A stretch of DNA of 64,000 bases from Candidatus Multivoradales bacterium (GCA_965248925.1 CBDFLE010000006.1:3776001-3840000); one strand, 5' to 3'. Shown: positions 8,884 to 19,592, numbered from the stretch's first letter. A program made the numbers and translations. The notes: generated by a model not told the origin, from the letters alone.

Positions 8884-11445
8884 TCAGTTCTCGAGATTGT
8901 TCGATAGGGGTACCACGTCCTCGGGTTTTTCGTCGCCAAACAACAGCCGCCCTTCGCGGAAGGAGGCGTCGCGCAGCGCCACTGCCAAGACTTCGCCGAG
9001 TTCGCTGGCGGTGATGACCTCGATCGAGTCGCGCACTTCGGGTGGTAGATCGTCGAGATTGCGCTCGTTTTCTTTGGGCAGGATGAAGGTGCGGATGCCG
9101 GCGCGTACGCCGCCGAGGATCTTCTCCTTGACACCGCCGATCGGCAGCACTCGGCCGGAGAGGGTGATCTCACCGGTCATCGCGATGTCGTGCCGGGCCG
9201 GCCGGCCGGAGAGGGCGGAGACCAGGGCGGTGGCCATAGTGACCCCGGCCGAGGGTCCGTCTTTGGGGATGGCGCCAGCCGGGGCGTGGATGTGAATATC
9301 GCGGTTGAAGCTCTGCGGGTCGATGTGCAGCGCCGCGGCATGGCTGCGGGCGTAGGACCAGGCGGCGCGGGCCGACTCCTGCATCACATCGCCAAGCTGA
9401 CCGGTGAGGTCGAGCTTGCCCTTGCCCGGCATGGTGGAGGCCTCGACGAACATGATGTCGCCGCCGGCAGGGGTGAAGTACATGCCGGTGGCGACGCCTA
9501 TTTGATCGTGGCTGGCCTTCTTTTCTGGATGCACCTTGGGGTGGCCGAGCAGCTCGTCGATTTGCTGCCGGCCGATCTTCACCGCCTTCACCTCGCTGCT
9601 GGCGATCTTGCGCGCCACTTTGCGCGCCACCCGGCCGATCTCGCGCTCCAGCTGGCGGACGCCAGCCTCGCGAGTGTACTCGGTGATCAGCTTGGCTAGT
9701 CCCGAGTCGGTGATTTGCAGCTGCTCGCTGTCGAGTCCGGCGCCGCGCAGCCGTCGCGGGATCAGGTATTGCTGGGCGATGGTGTTTTTCTCGCCTTCGG
9801 TGTAGCCATCGAATTCGACCAGCTCCATGCGGTCCATCAGCGGGCTGGGGATGTTCTGCGCGAAGTTGGCGGTGCAGACGAAGAGCACTTCAGAAAGATC
9901 GAAGGGCAGGCCGAGGTAATGGTCGGTGAAGCTGTCGTTCTGGGCCGGGTCGAGCACCTCCAACAAGGCCGAGGAGGGATCGCCCTGAAACGAAGTGCCG
10001 AGCTTGTCGATTTCGTCCAGCAGGAACACCGGGTTTTTAGTTCCGGCCTGCTTCATACCCTGGATGATGCGGCCCGGCATGGCGCCGACGTAGGTCCGCC
10101 GATGGCCGCGGATGTCGGCCTCGTCACGAGCCCCGCCGAGGGAGATGCGGACGTATTCGCGGCCCATGGCGCGGGCGATCGACTTGGCCAAGGAGGTCTT
10201 GCCGACTCCTGGTGGGCCGATGAACAACAGAGTGGGGGTACGGCCGACTTCTTCCTCCGCGTTCTTACGGTGCTCGTCGTCTGGGGCTGTGGCGTCGTCT
10301 GGGGCTGTGGCGTCGTCTGGGGCTGTGGCGTCGTCGTCTGGCGGCTCGCTGTCGCCGTCAGGGGAGGCTTCGAGCTTTGCTTCTTCCTCCGCGGCCTCCT
10401 GCTCGGCGATGCTCTTGGCCCTCAGTTGGCGGACGGCGAGGAACTCCAAGATACGATCCTTGACATCTTCCAGACCGTAGTGGTCTTCGTCGAGAATCCG
10501 CTGCGCTTCGACCAATTCGAGACGTTCCTCGGAACGCTCTGACCAGGGCAGCTCGGCGACGGTTTCGAGGAAAGTGCGGATCACTTGCGATTCCATCGCC
10601 TCGGGGTTGATGCGTGACAGCCGGCGCAGTTCGCGGTCGACTTCTTGGCGCGCTTCGGGGCTCAGCTCGAGGGCTTCGAGCTGCTCGCGCAGCTCTTCTT
10701 GGTCCTGGTTGTCGCCGTCGTCGCCGAGTTCGGCTTGGATGGCCTTCAGCTGCTCGCGCAGGTACATCTCTCGCTGGCGGTCGCCGAGCTCTTCCTGCAC
10801 CTTGGTCTTGAGATCTTCCTGCGCATTGAGCACGGTGAGCTGACGCTGGACATGGATCAGCACTCGCCTGAGGCGCTCTTCGACCGATAGGGATTCGAGT
10901 AGCGCCTGGCGGTCGGCCACCGGCACGTCGATGTAGCCTGCCACCAGGTCGGCCAGGCGGCCGGGTTCTTCGATCCCCGAGAGCACTTGGCGCACCGCGT
11001 CTTTGGGCAGGCCCGATTTGTGGCCCAGTTCGGCGGCGCGGGCCCGAGCTTCGCGGTAGAGGGCCTGATAGGCCGGATCTTTGGCATCGACGGGCGGCAT
11101 TTCCTCGACATCGCGGATCACTGCTTCGATGGAGCCGTCTTCGTTGCTGGTGTAGCGCAGGGCGATGGCTCGCCGTTCGCCGTGCAGCAGCACCTGGATG
11201 CCGGCCAGGTTGCGTTGCAGCTGTTCTATACGGGCGATAGTACCGATGGTGTAGAGGCCTTCGGCGGTGACGTCTTCGACGTTTTCGCGTTGGGTGACGG
11301 CGAAAACCAACGGCGACTCCGCAGCTTGGGCGCTCTCGATGGTGCGCAGGGTTCCGGGTCTGCCAGCGGCGATCGGTACCGCGACACCGGGGAAGACCAC
11401 GACGTCGCGGAGGGGCAGAACTGGCAGGGTGATGGGCTCGGTCAT
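8884..11445 (-). CDS. lon: ATP-dependent Lon protease
   Basis: LPVLPLRD N-domain, GPPGVGKT, GHRRTYVGA, PKDGPSAG catalytic Ser motif. Confidence 0.97.
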   Translation of the reverse strand: MTEPITLPVLPLRDVVVFPGVAVPIAAGRPGTLRTIESAQAAESPLVFAVTQRENVEDVTAEGLYTIGTIARIEQLQRNLAGIQVLLHGERRAIALRYTSNEDGSIEAVIRDVEEMPPVDAKDPAYQALYREARARAAELGHKSGLPKDAVRQVLSGIEEPGRLADLVAGYIDVPVADRQALLESLSVEERLRRVLIHVQRQLTVLNAQEDLKTKVQEELGDRQREMYLREQLKAIQAELGDDGDNQDQEELREQLEALELSPEARQEVDRELRRLSRINPEAMESQVIRTFLETVAELPWSERSEERLELVEAQRILDEDHYGLEDVKDRILEFLAVRQLRAKSIAEQEAAEEEAKLEASPDGDSEPPDDDATAPDDATAPDDATAPDDEHRKNAEEEVGRTPTLLFIGPPGVGKTSLAKSIARAMGREYVRISLGGARDEADIRGHRRTYVGAMPGRIIQGMKQAGTKNPVFLLDEIDKLGTSFQGDPSSALLEVLDPAQNDSFTDHYLGLPFDLSEVLFVCTANFAQNIPSPLMDRMELVEFDGYTEGEKNTIAQQYLIPRRLRGAGLDSEQLQITDSGLAKLITEYTREAGVRQLEREIGRVARKVARKIASSEVKAVKIGRQQIDELLGHPKVHPEKKASHDQIGVATGMYFTPAGGDIMFVEASTMPGKGKLDLTGQLGDVMQESARAAWSYARSHAAALHIDPQSFNRDIHIHAPAGAIPKDGPSAGVTMATALVSALSGRPARHDIAMTGEITLSGRVLPIGGVKEKILGGVRAGIRTFILPKENERNLDDLPPEVRDSIEVITASELGEVLAVALRDASFREGRLLFGDEKPEDVVPLSNNLEN
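10275..10328. repeat. 18-bp tandem repeat x3 inside lon (PDDATA)
   Basis: CGTCGTCTGGGGCTGTGG repeated three times. Confidence 0.9.
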
Positions 11446-11599
11446 AGGCGCTTACCTCTGAACTCCGTCATGGGCCGGAGTGAAAAATCGCGGTGTCCTG
11501 GTTCAAGGGTGTGGCTCGACCTTGCCGATCACCGCACCCTGTCCAACCCAACGGGTCCGGGAAAGAAGAAAATTCCGCAAGCGACCCTGACTACGGTCG

Positions 11600-12361
11600 C
11601 TAACCGGTGGTCACCTCGCTGGTCTCGTGGACCCGGTGTCGGCGGTGATGCCAGCGAAAGCGAGCGATCTCGGCCAGCATCAGCAGCGGATCGAGCCAAG
11701 GTCGAACACGGGTTTCAGGTGAATTGGCCCAGGTGATGCCGACCTCGCACACCCGGTAGCCGCGCTGTCGTGCCAGCCAAACCAGCTCGACATCGTAGGC
11801 GAAGCCGGCGGTGATCATGTCGGCGAAGAGGTCGCGGGCAACGGCGCCGTCGAGCAGCTTGAACCCACATTGGGTATCGCGAATGCCGCGCACGCCGGCG
11901 AGTTGGATGATCTTGTTGAAGGTCTTGCCCATCAGCTCGCGGTAGAAGGGCTGCCGCTGGGTTAGCCGGGCGCCGGCTACAGCGCGGCTACCGAGCACCA
12001 ACTCGGCTTCGGCGCAATGAGCCTCGAGCAGCGCAAGGTCTTCGATCGGCGTAGATAGATCGGCATCTGAAAGCAACACCCGGTGACCCTTGCTGGCCGC
12101 AACCGCCAGCTGTAAGGCGGCGCCTTTGCCGCGGTTGGGCTGGTGGCGCAATACTTTGACGCTACGCTCGGCAAAGCTCTGGGCGACCCGTGAGGTAGCG
12201 TCTCGGCTGCCATCGTCTGCCACTAGCACCTCAAAGGACTGGCCCCGATGCTCTAGATAGCCGAGCACTTGCTCGAGGGTGGGTCCCAGGCGCCGCTCTT
12301 CGTTGTAGGCCGGAATGACCACTGAGAGGGCGGTTGCCGGGGGCTGAGTTGGTGCGCTCAT
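11600..12361 (-). CDS. GT2 glycosyltransferase (dolichyl-phosphate glucosyltransferase-like)
   Basis: SVVIPAYNE, DDGSRD, NRGKG, DADLS, DTQCGFK. Confidence 0.92.
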   Translation of the reverse strand: MSAPTQPPATALSVVIPAYNEERRLGPTLEQVLGYLEHRGQSFEVLVADDGSRDATSRVAQSFAERSVKVLRHQPNRGKGAALQLAVAASKGHRVLLSDADLSTPIEDLALLEAHCAEAELVLGSRAVAGARLTQRQPFYRELMGKTFNKIIQLAGVRGIRDTQCGFKLLDGAVARDLFADMITAGFAYDVELVWLARQRGYRVCEVGITWANSPETRVRPWLDPLLMLAEIARFRWHHRRHRVHETSEVTTG

Positions 12362-12481
12362 CGGAACTCTTCGTGGATTGGGATCAGCGCCAATCGTATC
12401 ACTGGTCGCGGATTTGCTTGGCTGCCGGCTGCTAGGCTCCAATTCTGTCAGACCAGCGCAGACTGGGGAGCCACGACGAAG

Positions 12482-13771
12482 ATGGGTGAACGAGTGACAA
12501 AAGACTACAGAGCCCTTTTCCTGCCGATCGTCCTAGGTCTTGGGGGGTGGCTGCTGGCCGGCTGCGCTGGCAAGGTGCCCGAGGCTTCGGAGCCGGCTGC
12601 TGGGGCTGCTCCAGCGAGGGATTTACTGCGTTCCTTACCCTATGCCGGGTCGGTGCCGCTGGCCGCGGACCAGCCGGTGGCTCGGGGAGTGGTAGTTCAT
12701 GATCGGCAGCAGGCGCAAGAGGGATGGAATCTGTTCACGCCGCGGGACCAGCGGCGCGCCTACTTGATCGACAACGAGGGTCGAACGGTGCATTCGTGGT
12801 CGGCCGAAGTGTCAGATGGCGCCGGCTGGCAACATGTCGAAGTCGATCAGCAGGGCGATCTCTTCGTCATCATCAAAGGGCAGGCTCTGCTGCGCCTGGG
12901 GTGGAATTCGCAGCTGCGCTGGCGGCTTGAGGGGCGCTATCACCACGATGTTGCACCAACTCCGAGTGGTGATGTTTGGGCGGCTGTGCGACGGGCCGAA
13001 GTGGTTTCTCTTGCTGGCCGGCGGCTACCGGTCATCACCGATTCTCTGGTGCGCCTTTCGGCGACAGGAGAGACTCTGCAGGAGATCCCCCTACTGCCGC
13101 TGCTGGGCGATTCGGTACTTCCCTGGCGGACGGACCTGATTGTCGAGATGACCGCCCAATACGGCGATCCGCTGGCCGCTCTGGCTCATTTGCAACCCGG
13201 CAAAGCGCCGGATCTCTTCCATCTCAACAGCATTGAGTTGCTGGGCGGTGCCGGCGCCGCTTTGGGAGCTGCCGATGACTTGCTGATCTCGGTGCGCGAA
13301 CTCGATGAGGTCGTGGTGCTGGATGCGCAGAGCGGCGAGCTGCGCTGGCGTTGGGGTCGTGGCAAGCTCGATGCGCAGCACCACCCGACCATGACCGCGC
13401 GCGGTTCGATGCTGATTTTCGACAACGGTCGGCGCCGCGGATGGTCGCGCGCCCTCGAGATCGACCCGACCAATGGCGGCATTGTCTGGCAATACCGGGG
13501 CAGTGAGGAGGCGGCACTCTACAGCCACAGCCGGGGAGCGGCTCAACGCCTGGCCAATGGCAATACCTTGATCACCGAAAGTGATGCGGGTCGCGCTTTC
13601 GAGGTGACCGCCGCTGGCGAGGTGGTGTGGGAGTTCTTCTGTCCGGTGATCACCGAGAAGCCGGATGGTAGTCGGCAGCGAGCGGCGATGTATCGGCTCA
13701 AACGGCTGACCCCTAGCTCCCATCCCCAGATCGCGGCGCGCCTCGCCACGGCGGCTCGGGCGGCTCACTAG
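12482..13771 (+). CDS. Arylsulfotransferase (ASST)-like beta-propeller lipoprotein
   Basis: Lipobox LAGC; YHHD, FHLNSI, AQHHP, IFDNG, QRLANGNTLITES. Confidence 0.85.
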   Translation: MGERVTKDYRALFLPIVLGLGGWLLAGCAGKVPEASEPAAGAAPARDLLRSLPYAGSVPLAADQPVARGVVVHDRQQAQEGWNLFTPRDQRRAYLIDNEGRTVHSWSAEVSDGAGWQHVEVDQQGDLFVIIKGQALLRLGWNSQLRWRLEGRYHHDVAPTPSGDVWAAVRRAEVVSLAGRRLPVITDSLVRLSATGETLQEIPLLPLLGDSVLPWRTDLIVEMTAQYGDPLAALAHLQPGKAPDLFHLNSIELLGGAGAALGAADDLLISVRELDEVVVLDAQSGELRWRWGRGKLDAQHHPTMTARGSMLIFDNGRRRGWSRALEIDPTNGGIVWQYRGSEEAALYSHSRGAAQRLANGNTLITESDAGRAFEVTAAGEVVWEFFCPVITEKPDGSRQRAAMYRLKRLTPSSHPQIAARLATAARAAH

Positions 13772-13772
13772 G

Positions 13773-16001
13773 TCAGAGACTCTCCAGCTGTGCCAGGCGG
13801 GCGTTCGCACGCGCTTCGCCAGCATCCAGGATACGGTCGTAGAAGGCCAGAGCTCCGACCCGGCCATACCAGGTGCGGCCGCCGCTCCAAGCTTTGCCGA
13901 GCACCAGGGGTCGGGGTTGCCAATGGTAGAAGCCACCGCTAATAGCGGTGCTGTGGAGTACCTTGCGGCCGTCCAAATAAGCTTGCAAGCGGCCGCTGGA
14001 GTAGCTCACCAAGAGATGGATCGGGCGCCCGCGGGGCAGGGTGGCGAGTTCGATTTGCGGCTGGTTCGAGAGCTTACCGGTGGATGGGGTGCGCAGGCGC
14101 AGCCACAGACGATCCGCGCGTTGCACCAGGGTCAAGTTGCGTGATCTGGGGCTGCCGCTGAAGGACAGTAGGGTGCCTTCTGAGGAGTTGTCGAAAGAGC
14201 GTTCGTCGGCAGTGAAGAGCAACTCCACGGTGAGTTCATGGGTGCGCCGCGCACCCTTGTAGAGGCGCTCTATCGGTGCCGAATCGAAGTAGGCCCGGCC
14301 GCCGCTGAGGAGCAAGCCGCCGGACTCCGCGAGTCGGGCAGCGCCTTCGACGGCAAGTCCAGACTCACTTTCTGCGCCAGCCGCCGCGGGCCAGCGCAGC
14401 AGTAGACCGCGCGGGTCGCTGGGCCAGCTTGGGGCGGCGATGGGTAGCTCCTGTGGTGGTGCCAGGTTGGCTGGCTCGGCGAGGTCGCTGATACCCGCCA
14501 GACGCAGAGTGTCTGCGGTGGTGAGGTCGCCGCCCAGCAGCAACAGCAGCTCGCTCGCGGGATCGCCGAGCTGTCGCGCCAAGATGGGCTGGCCGGAAGC
14601 CAGCTCGGCCTGCAGCGGAGTGGCGCGGATCGGTTCGTCGAAGCGCACCAGCACACTACTACCAAGGGCTATCGCGGCAATGGCTTGGGGAGCTCGGGCG
14701 GGCAGCACGCGGACCACCCCCAGGCGCGAGAGCTGACCACGGCTGGCTTCGACGATGTAAGTGCCGGGGGTGCTCCAGCGGTAGCGGATCGACTGGCCGC
14801 GGGCAGTGGCACCATCGCCCAGCCGCCAGTTCCAATCAGTGTTCTCCGGACTGTCGTCGTCGATCTTGAATTCGACGGTGAGGGGTGCTTCGCCGCGATG
14901 GCGGCCAAGGTACAGGGGTTCGGCCCAGAGGTCGGGATAGCGATCGGTGCCGGGATCGATGGTCAGCCGCTGCGGGCGGCCGACGATAGTCAGGCTGTCG
15001 GGGTCGGTTTCGACGACGAAGAGGTCATAGTTGGAACGCTGGTGATCGTGCTGGTTCGGGGAGGCGGCGAAAGCTAGCCAGCGGCTATCGCGGGACAGCA
15101 TCGGGAAGTAGAGATAGCCCTGGCCGGCGGGCAGCAGAGGGTCGTTCTTGCGCAGCAAGGTAAAGCTGCGACGCTCGGCGAGTTCCATCGCTTGCAGCGG
15201 GCCGCCAGCGCCGGCGGCCCAGAAACCCCAGCGCCCATCGTGGGAGAAGTAGGGTTCGCAGCCCCCCAAGGAGTCCATGGCTTCGACCTGGCGCTGCTCC
15301 GGGTCATAGGGCGAGAAGGTCGGGTCGCCTTGGGTGGCCCAGCGCAAACTGGCGTCCACCAACCAGCCGTGACGGGGGAGCTCGTTATCGATCAAAGGTA
15401 GATTCTCGCCGCTCGACAAGCGAAAAAGACGGGTGCGGCCACGGCCATCGATGTAGATCAACTGGTCATCGTTGCGCCACACCGCGGCCCGGTGCTCGAA
15501 GTAAGTCCGCGCCCGACCGGGTAGGGTCTGCACGCTGCCGCCATCGATCCGGACCACGCGCAAAATGCCGCCGGCACCCTGCCGCGGATAGCGCTCGCGG
15601 CCGCGGGCTAGGCTGAGGTAAGCCACCTGTTGGCCATTGGGCGAGAGGTGCGGGCAGCAGTGGTGGCGCCCCGGCTCGTCGGCCGATAGCTGACGGGCGG
15701 GACTGCCATCGAAAGAGCGTAGCCAGATGCGCCAGTCGGTGGCGCGGTTGGACTCCCAGACCACCCATCCGTGCTCGACCATGGCGTCTACCGGTGCGGG
15801 TTCGAGACCCGCGGTGGGGGGAGTGGTCTCGCTGAGGGTGTCGCTGGAGAGGGTGGGGGGTAGCGTCGCCGATCGGGCGGGCGTTGGCGGCTGGCTGCCA
15901 CCGCAGCCGGTGAGCCAGCCGGCCAAGAATGTTAGGAGCGCTAGCCTTGCTGGCCAGGCCAACAGCCAGGCCGCTTGGCGAGCGCTCTCAGGGCGTTGCA
16001 T
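13773..16001 (-). CDS. Lipoprotein with TolB-like propeller, PKD and LamG-like domains
   Basis: LTGC lipobox; SPNGQQVAY and SRDSRWLAF repeats; WNWRLGDG...PGTY (PKD); C-terminal LamG-like YLDG...YDRIL. Confidence 0.7.
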   Translation of the reverse strand: MQRPESARQAAWLLAWPARLALLTFLAGWLTGCGGSQPPTPARSATLPPTLSSDTLSETTPPTAGLEPAPVDAMVEHGWVVWESNRATDWRIWLRSFDGSPARQLSADEPGRHHCCPHLSPNGQQVAYLSLARGRERYPRQGAGGILRVVRIDGGSVQTLPGRARTYFEHRAAVWRNDDQLIYIDGRGRTRLFRLSSGENLPLIDNELPRHGWLVDASLRWATQGDPTFSPYDPEQRQVEAMDSLGGCEPYFSHDGRWGFWAAGAGGPLQAMELAERRSFTLLRKNDPLLPAGQGYLYFPMLSRDSRWLAFAASPNQHDHQRSNYDLFVVETDPDSLTIVGRPQRLTIDPGTDRYPDLWAEPLYLGRHRGEAPLTVEFKIDDDSPENTDWNWRLGDGATARGQSIRYRWSTPGTYIVEASRGQLSRLGVVRVLPARAPQAIAAIALGSSVLVRFDEPIRATPLQAELASGQPILARQLGDPASELLLLLGGDLTTADTLRLAGISDLAEPANLAPPQELPIAAPSWPSDPRGLLLRWPAAAGAESESGLAVEGAARLAESGGLLLSGGRAYFDSAPIERLYKGARRTHELTVELLFTADERSFDNSSEGTLLSFSGSPRSRNLTLVQRADRLWLRLRTPSTGKLSNQPQIELATLPRGRPIHLLVSYSSGRLQAYLDGRKVLHSTAISGGFYHWQPRPLVLGKAWSGGRTWYGRVGALAFYDRILDAGEARANARLAQLESL

Positions 16002-17181
16002 GACGCTCGGCGAGGATCAAGCCGCCACCGGCGAGGTCACCGTTGTAGCCCACCCGGAAGCCTAGTGGGGCGTCCTCTGATCGCTCGGCGAAGGCGCGCG
16101 TCAGATCGTCCTGCTGATACTCGTGGAAGGCCGCCAGAGTGCCGGCATAGTGACCGAAAAGGCCGATCTGCCAAGTAGCGGGGTCGAAGGCCGCGAAAGG
16201 GACGCCACTGTCGTCCTGCAACACGGCAGCCGCTGTCTGCACCATCGCCCGGACAGAGGAGAAGCTGTCCAGATGGGGTAAGTATTGGGCCGATTTGAGC
16301 AGCGCGTTGTAGGGGCCCAGGTGGCCGATAAAGCGGCCGAAAGCCGGGTTCTCGGCGAGTCCATCGTCAGACAGGTCTTGGGAGAAGAAATAAAGCCGTC
16401 GTGGGATGTCATCAAGGATGAAGTCTAGCCGCATCGCGCTCGGGGCGGTTTGCGAGTCGGCTAGAGGATGCTCGATGCCCTCCTCGTCGAGGGTGATGTA
16501 GTGAGCCGCGGTGGGTGTAGCGCCAGCTCGGGCAAGCTGGATGTAAAACACCGAGATGATGCCACTCCAGCGGCCGGGTAGGTCCTGGCGCATGCGTTTG
16601 CGAACGAAATAGCCGGCTTCGACCAAGTTGTCGAGCACCTGGCGCAGCCGGCCGAGTTCTTCAGTCAGCTCGGCGGCTCGCAAGTCGGCCAGGCGCGGCA
16701 GCTCGCCGGGTTCTTCCAGCCCTACCAAGATGTAGGTCGAGGCGGCGGGGAAGAAGTGCAGAGCGTGCATCAGGTCGGGGCCACCGAAAGGGTAGAAGAG
16801 GGGGGCGGCCGGCACGGTCAGAGCGGCCAGATGTTGGCTGGTGAAACGGTCGATCGGCTGCAGGTATTCCTCGGTCAAGCGCTGCCAAGCCGAGTCCATG
16901 CTGCTGGCGTGGGGCCGCCATGGTTCGAGCAGTTCGGCGGGTACTTGCTCCGGGTCAGTCGCTTGCAGGCCAGCGAGAAAGCGAGCGCTGGCCTGAAGCG
17001 CCCGCGGGCCGCCATCGTCACGATGGCTCACTTGACGTTGTTGTGGGCTGTCTGACCCCGGTCGCCAAGCAGAGGATTCGCTGTTGTTGGTGGGTTGCTG
17101 CTCGCCACAAGCGGCGAGCAGCAACGCCAGGCCGCTCAGGCAAGTCCAGCCTAGAATTCTACGGCGGTAGTGGGCGGTCAT
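15988..17181 (-). CDS. Conserved hypothetical lipoprotein (FYPFGGPD motif)
   Basis: LAAC lipobox; FYPFGGPD, LKSAQYL, LQDDSGVPF; coupled to both neighbours. Confidence 0.7.
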   Translation of the reverse strand: MTAHYRRRILGWTCLSGLALLLAACGEQQPTNNSESSAWRPGSDSPQQRQVSHRDDGGPRALQASARFLAGLQATDPEQVPAELLEPWRPHASSMDSAWQRLTEEYLQPIDRFTSQHLAALTVPAAPLFYPFGGPDLMHALHFFPAASTYILVGLEEPGELPRLADLRAAELTEELGRLRQVLDNLVEAGYFVRKRMRQDLPGRWSGIISVFYIQLARAGATPTAAHYITLDEEGIEHPLADSQTAPSAMRLDFILDDIPRRLYFFSQDLSDDGLAENPAFGRFIGHLGPYNALLKSAQYLPHLDSFSSVRAMVQTAAAVLQDDSGVPFAAFDPATWQIGLFGHYAGTLAAFHEYQQDDLTRAFAERSEDAPLGFRVGYNGDLAGGGLILAERHATP

Positions 17182-17182
17182 G

Positions 17183-18508
17183 TCAATCGTTCTCCCGACA
17201 GTTCGAGCGCTGCTTCGATAGCAGGTAAAGCGGAATACCCAGCAACACCGTGGCGAGCCCAGCGAGGCTTTCCCAGGGTTGCGCGCGGGCGGTGTAGACG
17301 ATGGTCATCAAGCTGATAGCGGCGAAAAGCAGCGGTGTCACGGGATAACCCCAGGTGCGGTAGGGGCGGGGTAGGTCGGGCTCGTGGTGACGCAGCCAGA
17401 ATACCGCCACCACGGTGAGCAGGGACGAAGTGGTCAGGGCGATCTGAGTGTAGATCAGCACTTTGTCGAAAGTTGCGGTGAGGATCAAGACCACGGTGAT
17501 CATGGTCTGCAGCAGGATTGCCCAGATGGGGATGCCGGCGCGGTTCTTTTGGGCCAAGCGGCGAAAAAGGGTGAAGTCCTCACCCATCGCCATGGTCACT
17601 CGCGGCCCCACCCAGATCATTGAGCTAATCGACGACACCAGCGCAATGCACAGCAGGCCGCTCATTAGCCGGCCGCCGAGTTCGCCGAAAATCCGGATGG
17701 CAACGGTATGTCCCACCGAGACCTTGTCGCTCTGCGTTTGCAGTTCGGTGATGGGTGTGGAGTGTAGGAAAGCCCAATTGAGGGCCAGGTAGAGCAGTAG
17801 CACCAGGGTAGTGCCGAGGATCAGCGAGCGGGGCACATTGCGTGCTGGATCTCGCACTTCACCAATGATGTAGGTCGAGGCGTTCCAGCCGGCGTAGGCA
17901 TACATCACAAACAATAGGGACACCGCAAACGGGGCGCCGCCAATCTCGCGCCAGGCCGCAGCGGAGGGCGCGAAGTCAATGCCGGTGGGGGTGCCCATAC
18001 GCCAAGCGGCGGCGGCGAAGGCGAGCACCAACAACACCTTGAACAGGGTGAAGAAGTTCTGAAACATGCTACCCAGGCGCAGGTTGCGCAGGTGGGCCAG
18101 GGTCACCAAGACGATCAGCACGATCGACGCCCACTGCGGCGATGCCGCCGGCAGCAGGCGGTTGAAGAAGCTACCGAAAGCCATCGCCGCCAAGGCGATC
18201 GGCGCCGCGAAGCCCACCGTCAGTGAGATCCAACCGGCGAGGAAACCGAGCAGGGGATGAAAGACTCTGCTCAGGAAGTGGTATTCGCCGCCCGAGCGGG
18301 GCAGAGCCGCCGCCAACTCGGCATAGCTCAGCGCGCCGCAGAGAGCGAAGACACCGCCCACCAGCCACAGCGAGAGCAGGGCAAAGCCGGTCTCGATATC
18401 GAGCACTTGAAAGCCTAGGCTGGTGAAGACGCCGGTACCGACCATGTTGGCGACCACGATCGAAGTAGCTGTGGGCAGGGCGATCTTGTGGCGTGGGTCG
18501 GCGGTCAT
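17183..18508 (-). CDS. APC family amino acid permease
   Basis: NMVGTGVF, LSYAEL...PRSGGEY, YAGWN, RPYRTWGYP. Confidence 0.93.
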   Translation of the reverse strand: MTADPRHKIALPTATSIVVANMVGTGVFTSLGFQVLDIETGFALLSLWLVGGVFALCGALSYAELAAALPRSGGEYHFLSRVFHPLLGFLAGWISLTVGFAAPIALAAMAFGSFFNRLLPAASPQWASIVLIVLVTLAHLRNLRLGSMFQNFFTLFKVLLVLAFAAAAWRMGTPTGIDFAPSAAAWREIGGAPFAVSLLFVMYAYAGWNASTYIIGEVRDPARNVPRSLILGTTLVLLLYLALNWAFLHSTPITELQTQSDKVSVGHTVAIRIFGELGGRLMSGLLCIALVSSISSMIWVGPRVTMAMGEDFTLFRRLAQKNRAGIPIWAILLQTMITVVLILTATFDKVLIYTQIALTTSSLLTVVAVFWLRHHEPDLPRPYRTWGYPVTPLLFAAISLMTIVYTARAQPWESLAGLATVLLGIPLYLLSKQRSNCREND

Positions 18509-18677
18509 GGGAGGAGAGTATCGCGTTCGGTCTCCACTGGTCTCGCGGTGGTCTCGCCGGTGGGTCGGCGGAGCTTCGAGGGTCGGGTGAGGGTAAGAAT
18601 TACGCGGTGATGGGCGTTATGTGGGTAAAGGAATTCGAAACGTTGCCCATTTGATGGCTAGAGGAGCCCCGCCGCCG

Positions 18678-19592
18678 ATGCTCGAGATCACAGATTTGGT
18701 AAAGGTGTATCCCGGACCCGTTGCCGCTCTTCAGGGTATTCACTTGCAGATCCCCCAGGGCCTTTTTGGTCTGCTCGGGCCCAACGGCTCGGGCAAGACG
18801 ACGTTGATGAGGATTTTAGCCGGTGTCTTGGAGCCGACCTCCGGGCGCATTGTTTGGGATGGCGAGGATGTGACTCAGCGGCCCGAGCGCATTTGGCCGC
18901 GGCTCGGCAATTTGCCGCAGTATTTTGGCTTCTACCCCAATCTGACCGGTGAACGGATGCTGCTCCATCTACTGCGCCTCAAGGGAGTGCACGCGCCGGG
19001 GGGGTTGGGCAAGCTCTGCGCTGAGTTGCTCGCGCGGGTCAACTTGAGCGCCGCCGCCAAACGCAAAGTGAAGGGTTACTCCGGCGGCATGCGGCAGCGA
19101 CTGGGCATTGCCCAGGCGATCGCCGGCGACCCGGACCTGATCATCGTCGACGAGCCCACCGCTGGACTCGACCCGGAAGAGCGGATCCGCTTTTACCGAC
19201 TGCTCGCTGAGTTGGCCGAGGAGCGCATCGTGCTGTTGTCGACTCACATTGTCGAAGATGTGGCGGTGCTCTGTCCGCGCTTCGCCGTCATCCGCCAGGG
19301 CCGGCTTTTGACTACCACCACTCCAGCCGCGGCGAGAGCGGGGATCGAGGGCCAGATCTACGAGGGCGAGGTCAGCCATGCAGAACTTGCTGAGCTGTCA
19401 AGGAGCCAGCTGGTGACCCAAGCTTACCTGGTCGAAGGGCGCAACATCATCCACCTGCATGTGCCCGAGGGGCCGCCCCCAGCCGGTTTCAAGGCCAAGG
19501 AACCTAGTCTTGAGGATGCCTATCTGGTGTTGATGCGGACCGCGGCTACCGATGCCAATCTTCAGCCTCTGCCGGCTGGAGTTCGGGCGTGA
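18678..19592 (+). CDS. ABC transporter ATP-binding protein
   Basis: GPNGSGKT, YSGGM, VDEPTAGLDP, STH. Confidence 0.95.
   Translation: MLEITDLVKVYPGPVAALQGIHLQIPQGLFGLLGPNGSGKTTLMRILAGVLEPTSGRIVWDGEDVTQRPERIWPRLGNLPQYFGFYPNLTGERMLLHLLRLKGVHAPGGLGKLCAELLARVNLSAAAKRKVKGYSGGMRQRLGIAQAIAGDPDLIIVDEPTAGLDPEERIRFYRLLAELAEERIVLLSTHIVEDVAVLCPRFAVIRQGRLLTTTTPAAARAGIEGQIYEGEVSHAELAELSRSQLVTQAYLVEGRNIIHLHVPEGPPPAGFKAKEPSLEDAYLVLMRTAATDANLQPLPAGVRA

Noticed and set aside
10275-10328. CRISPR array
   Set aside because: Contiguous in-frame repeats with no spacers; no cas genes in the window.
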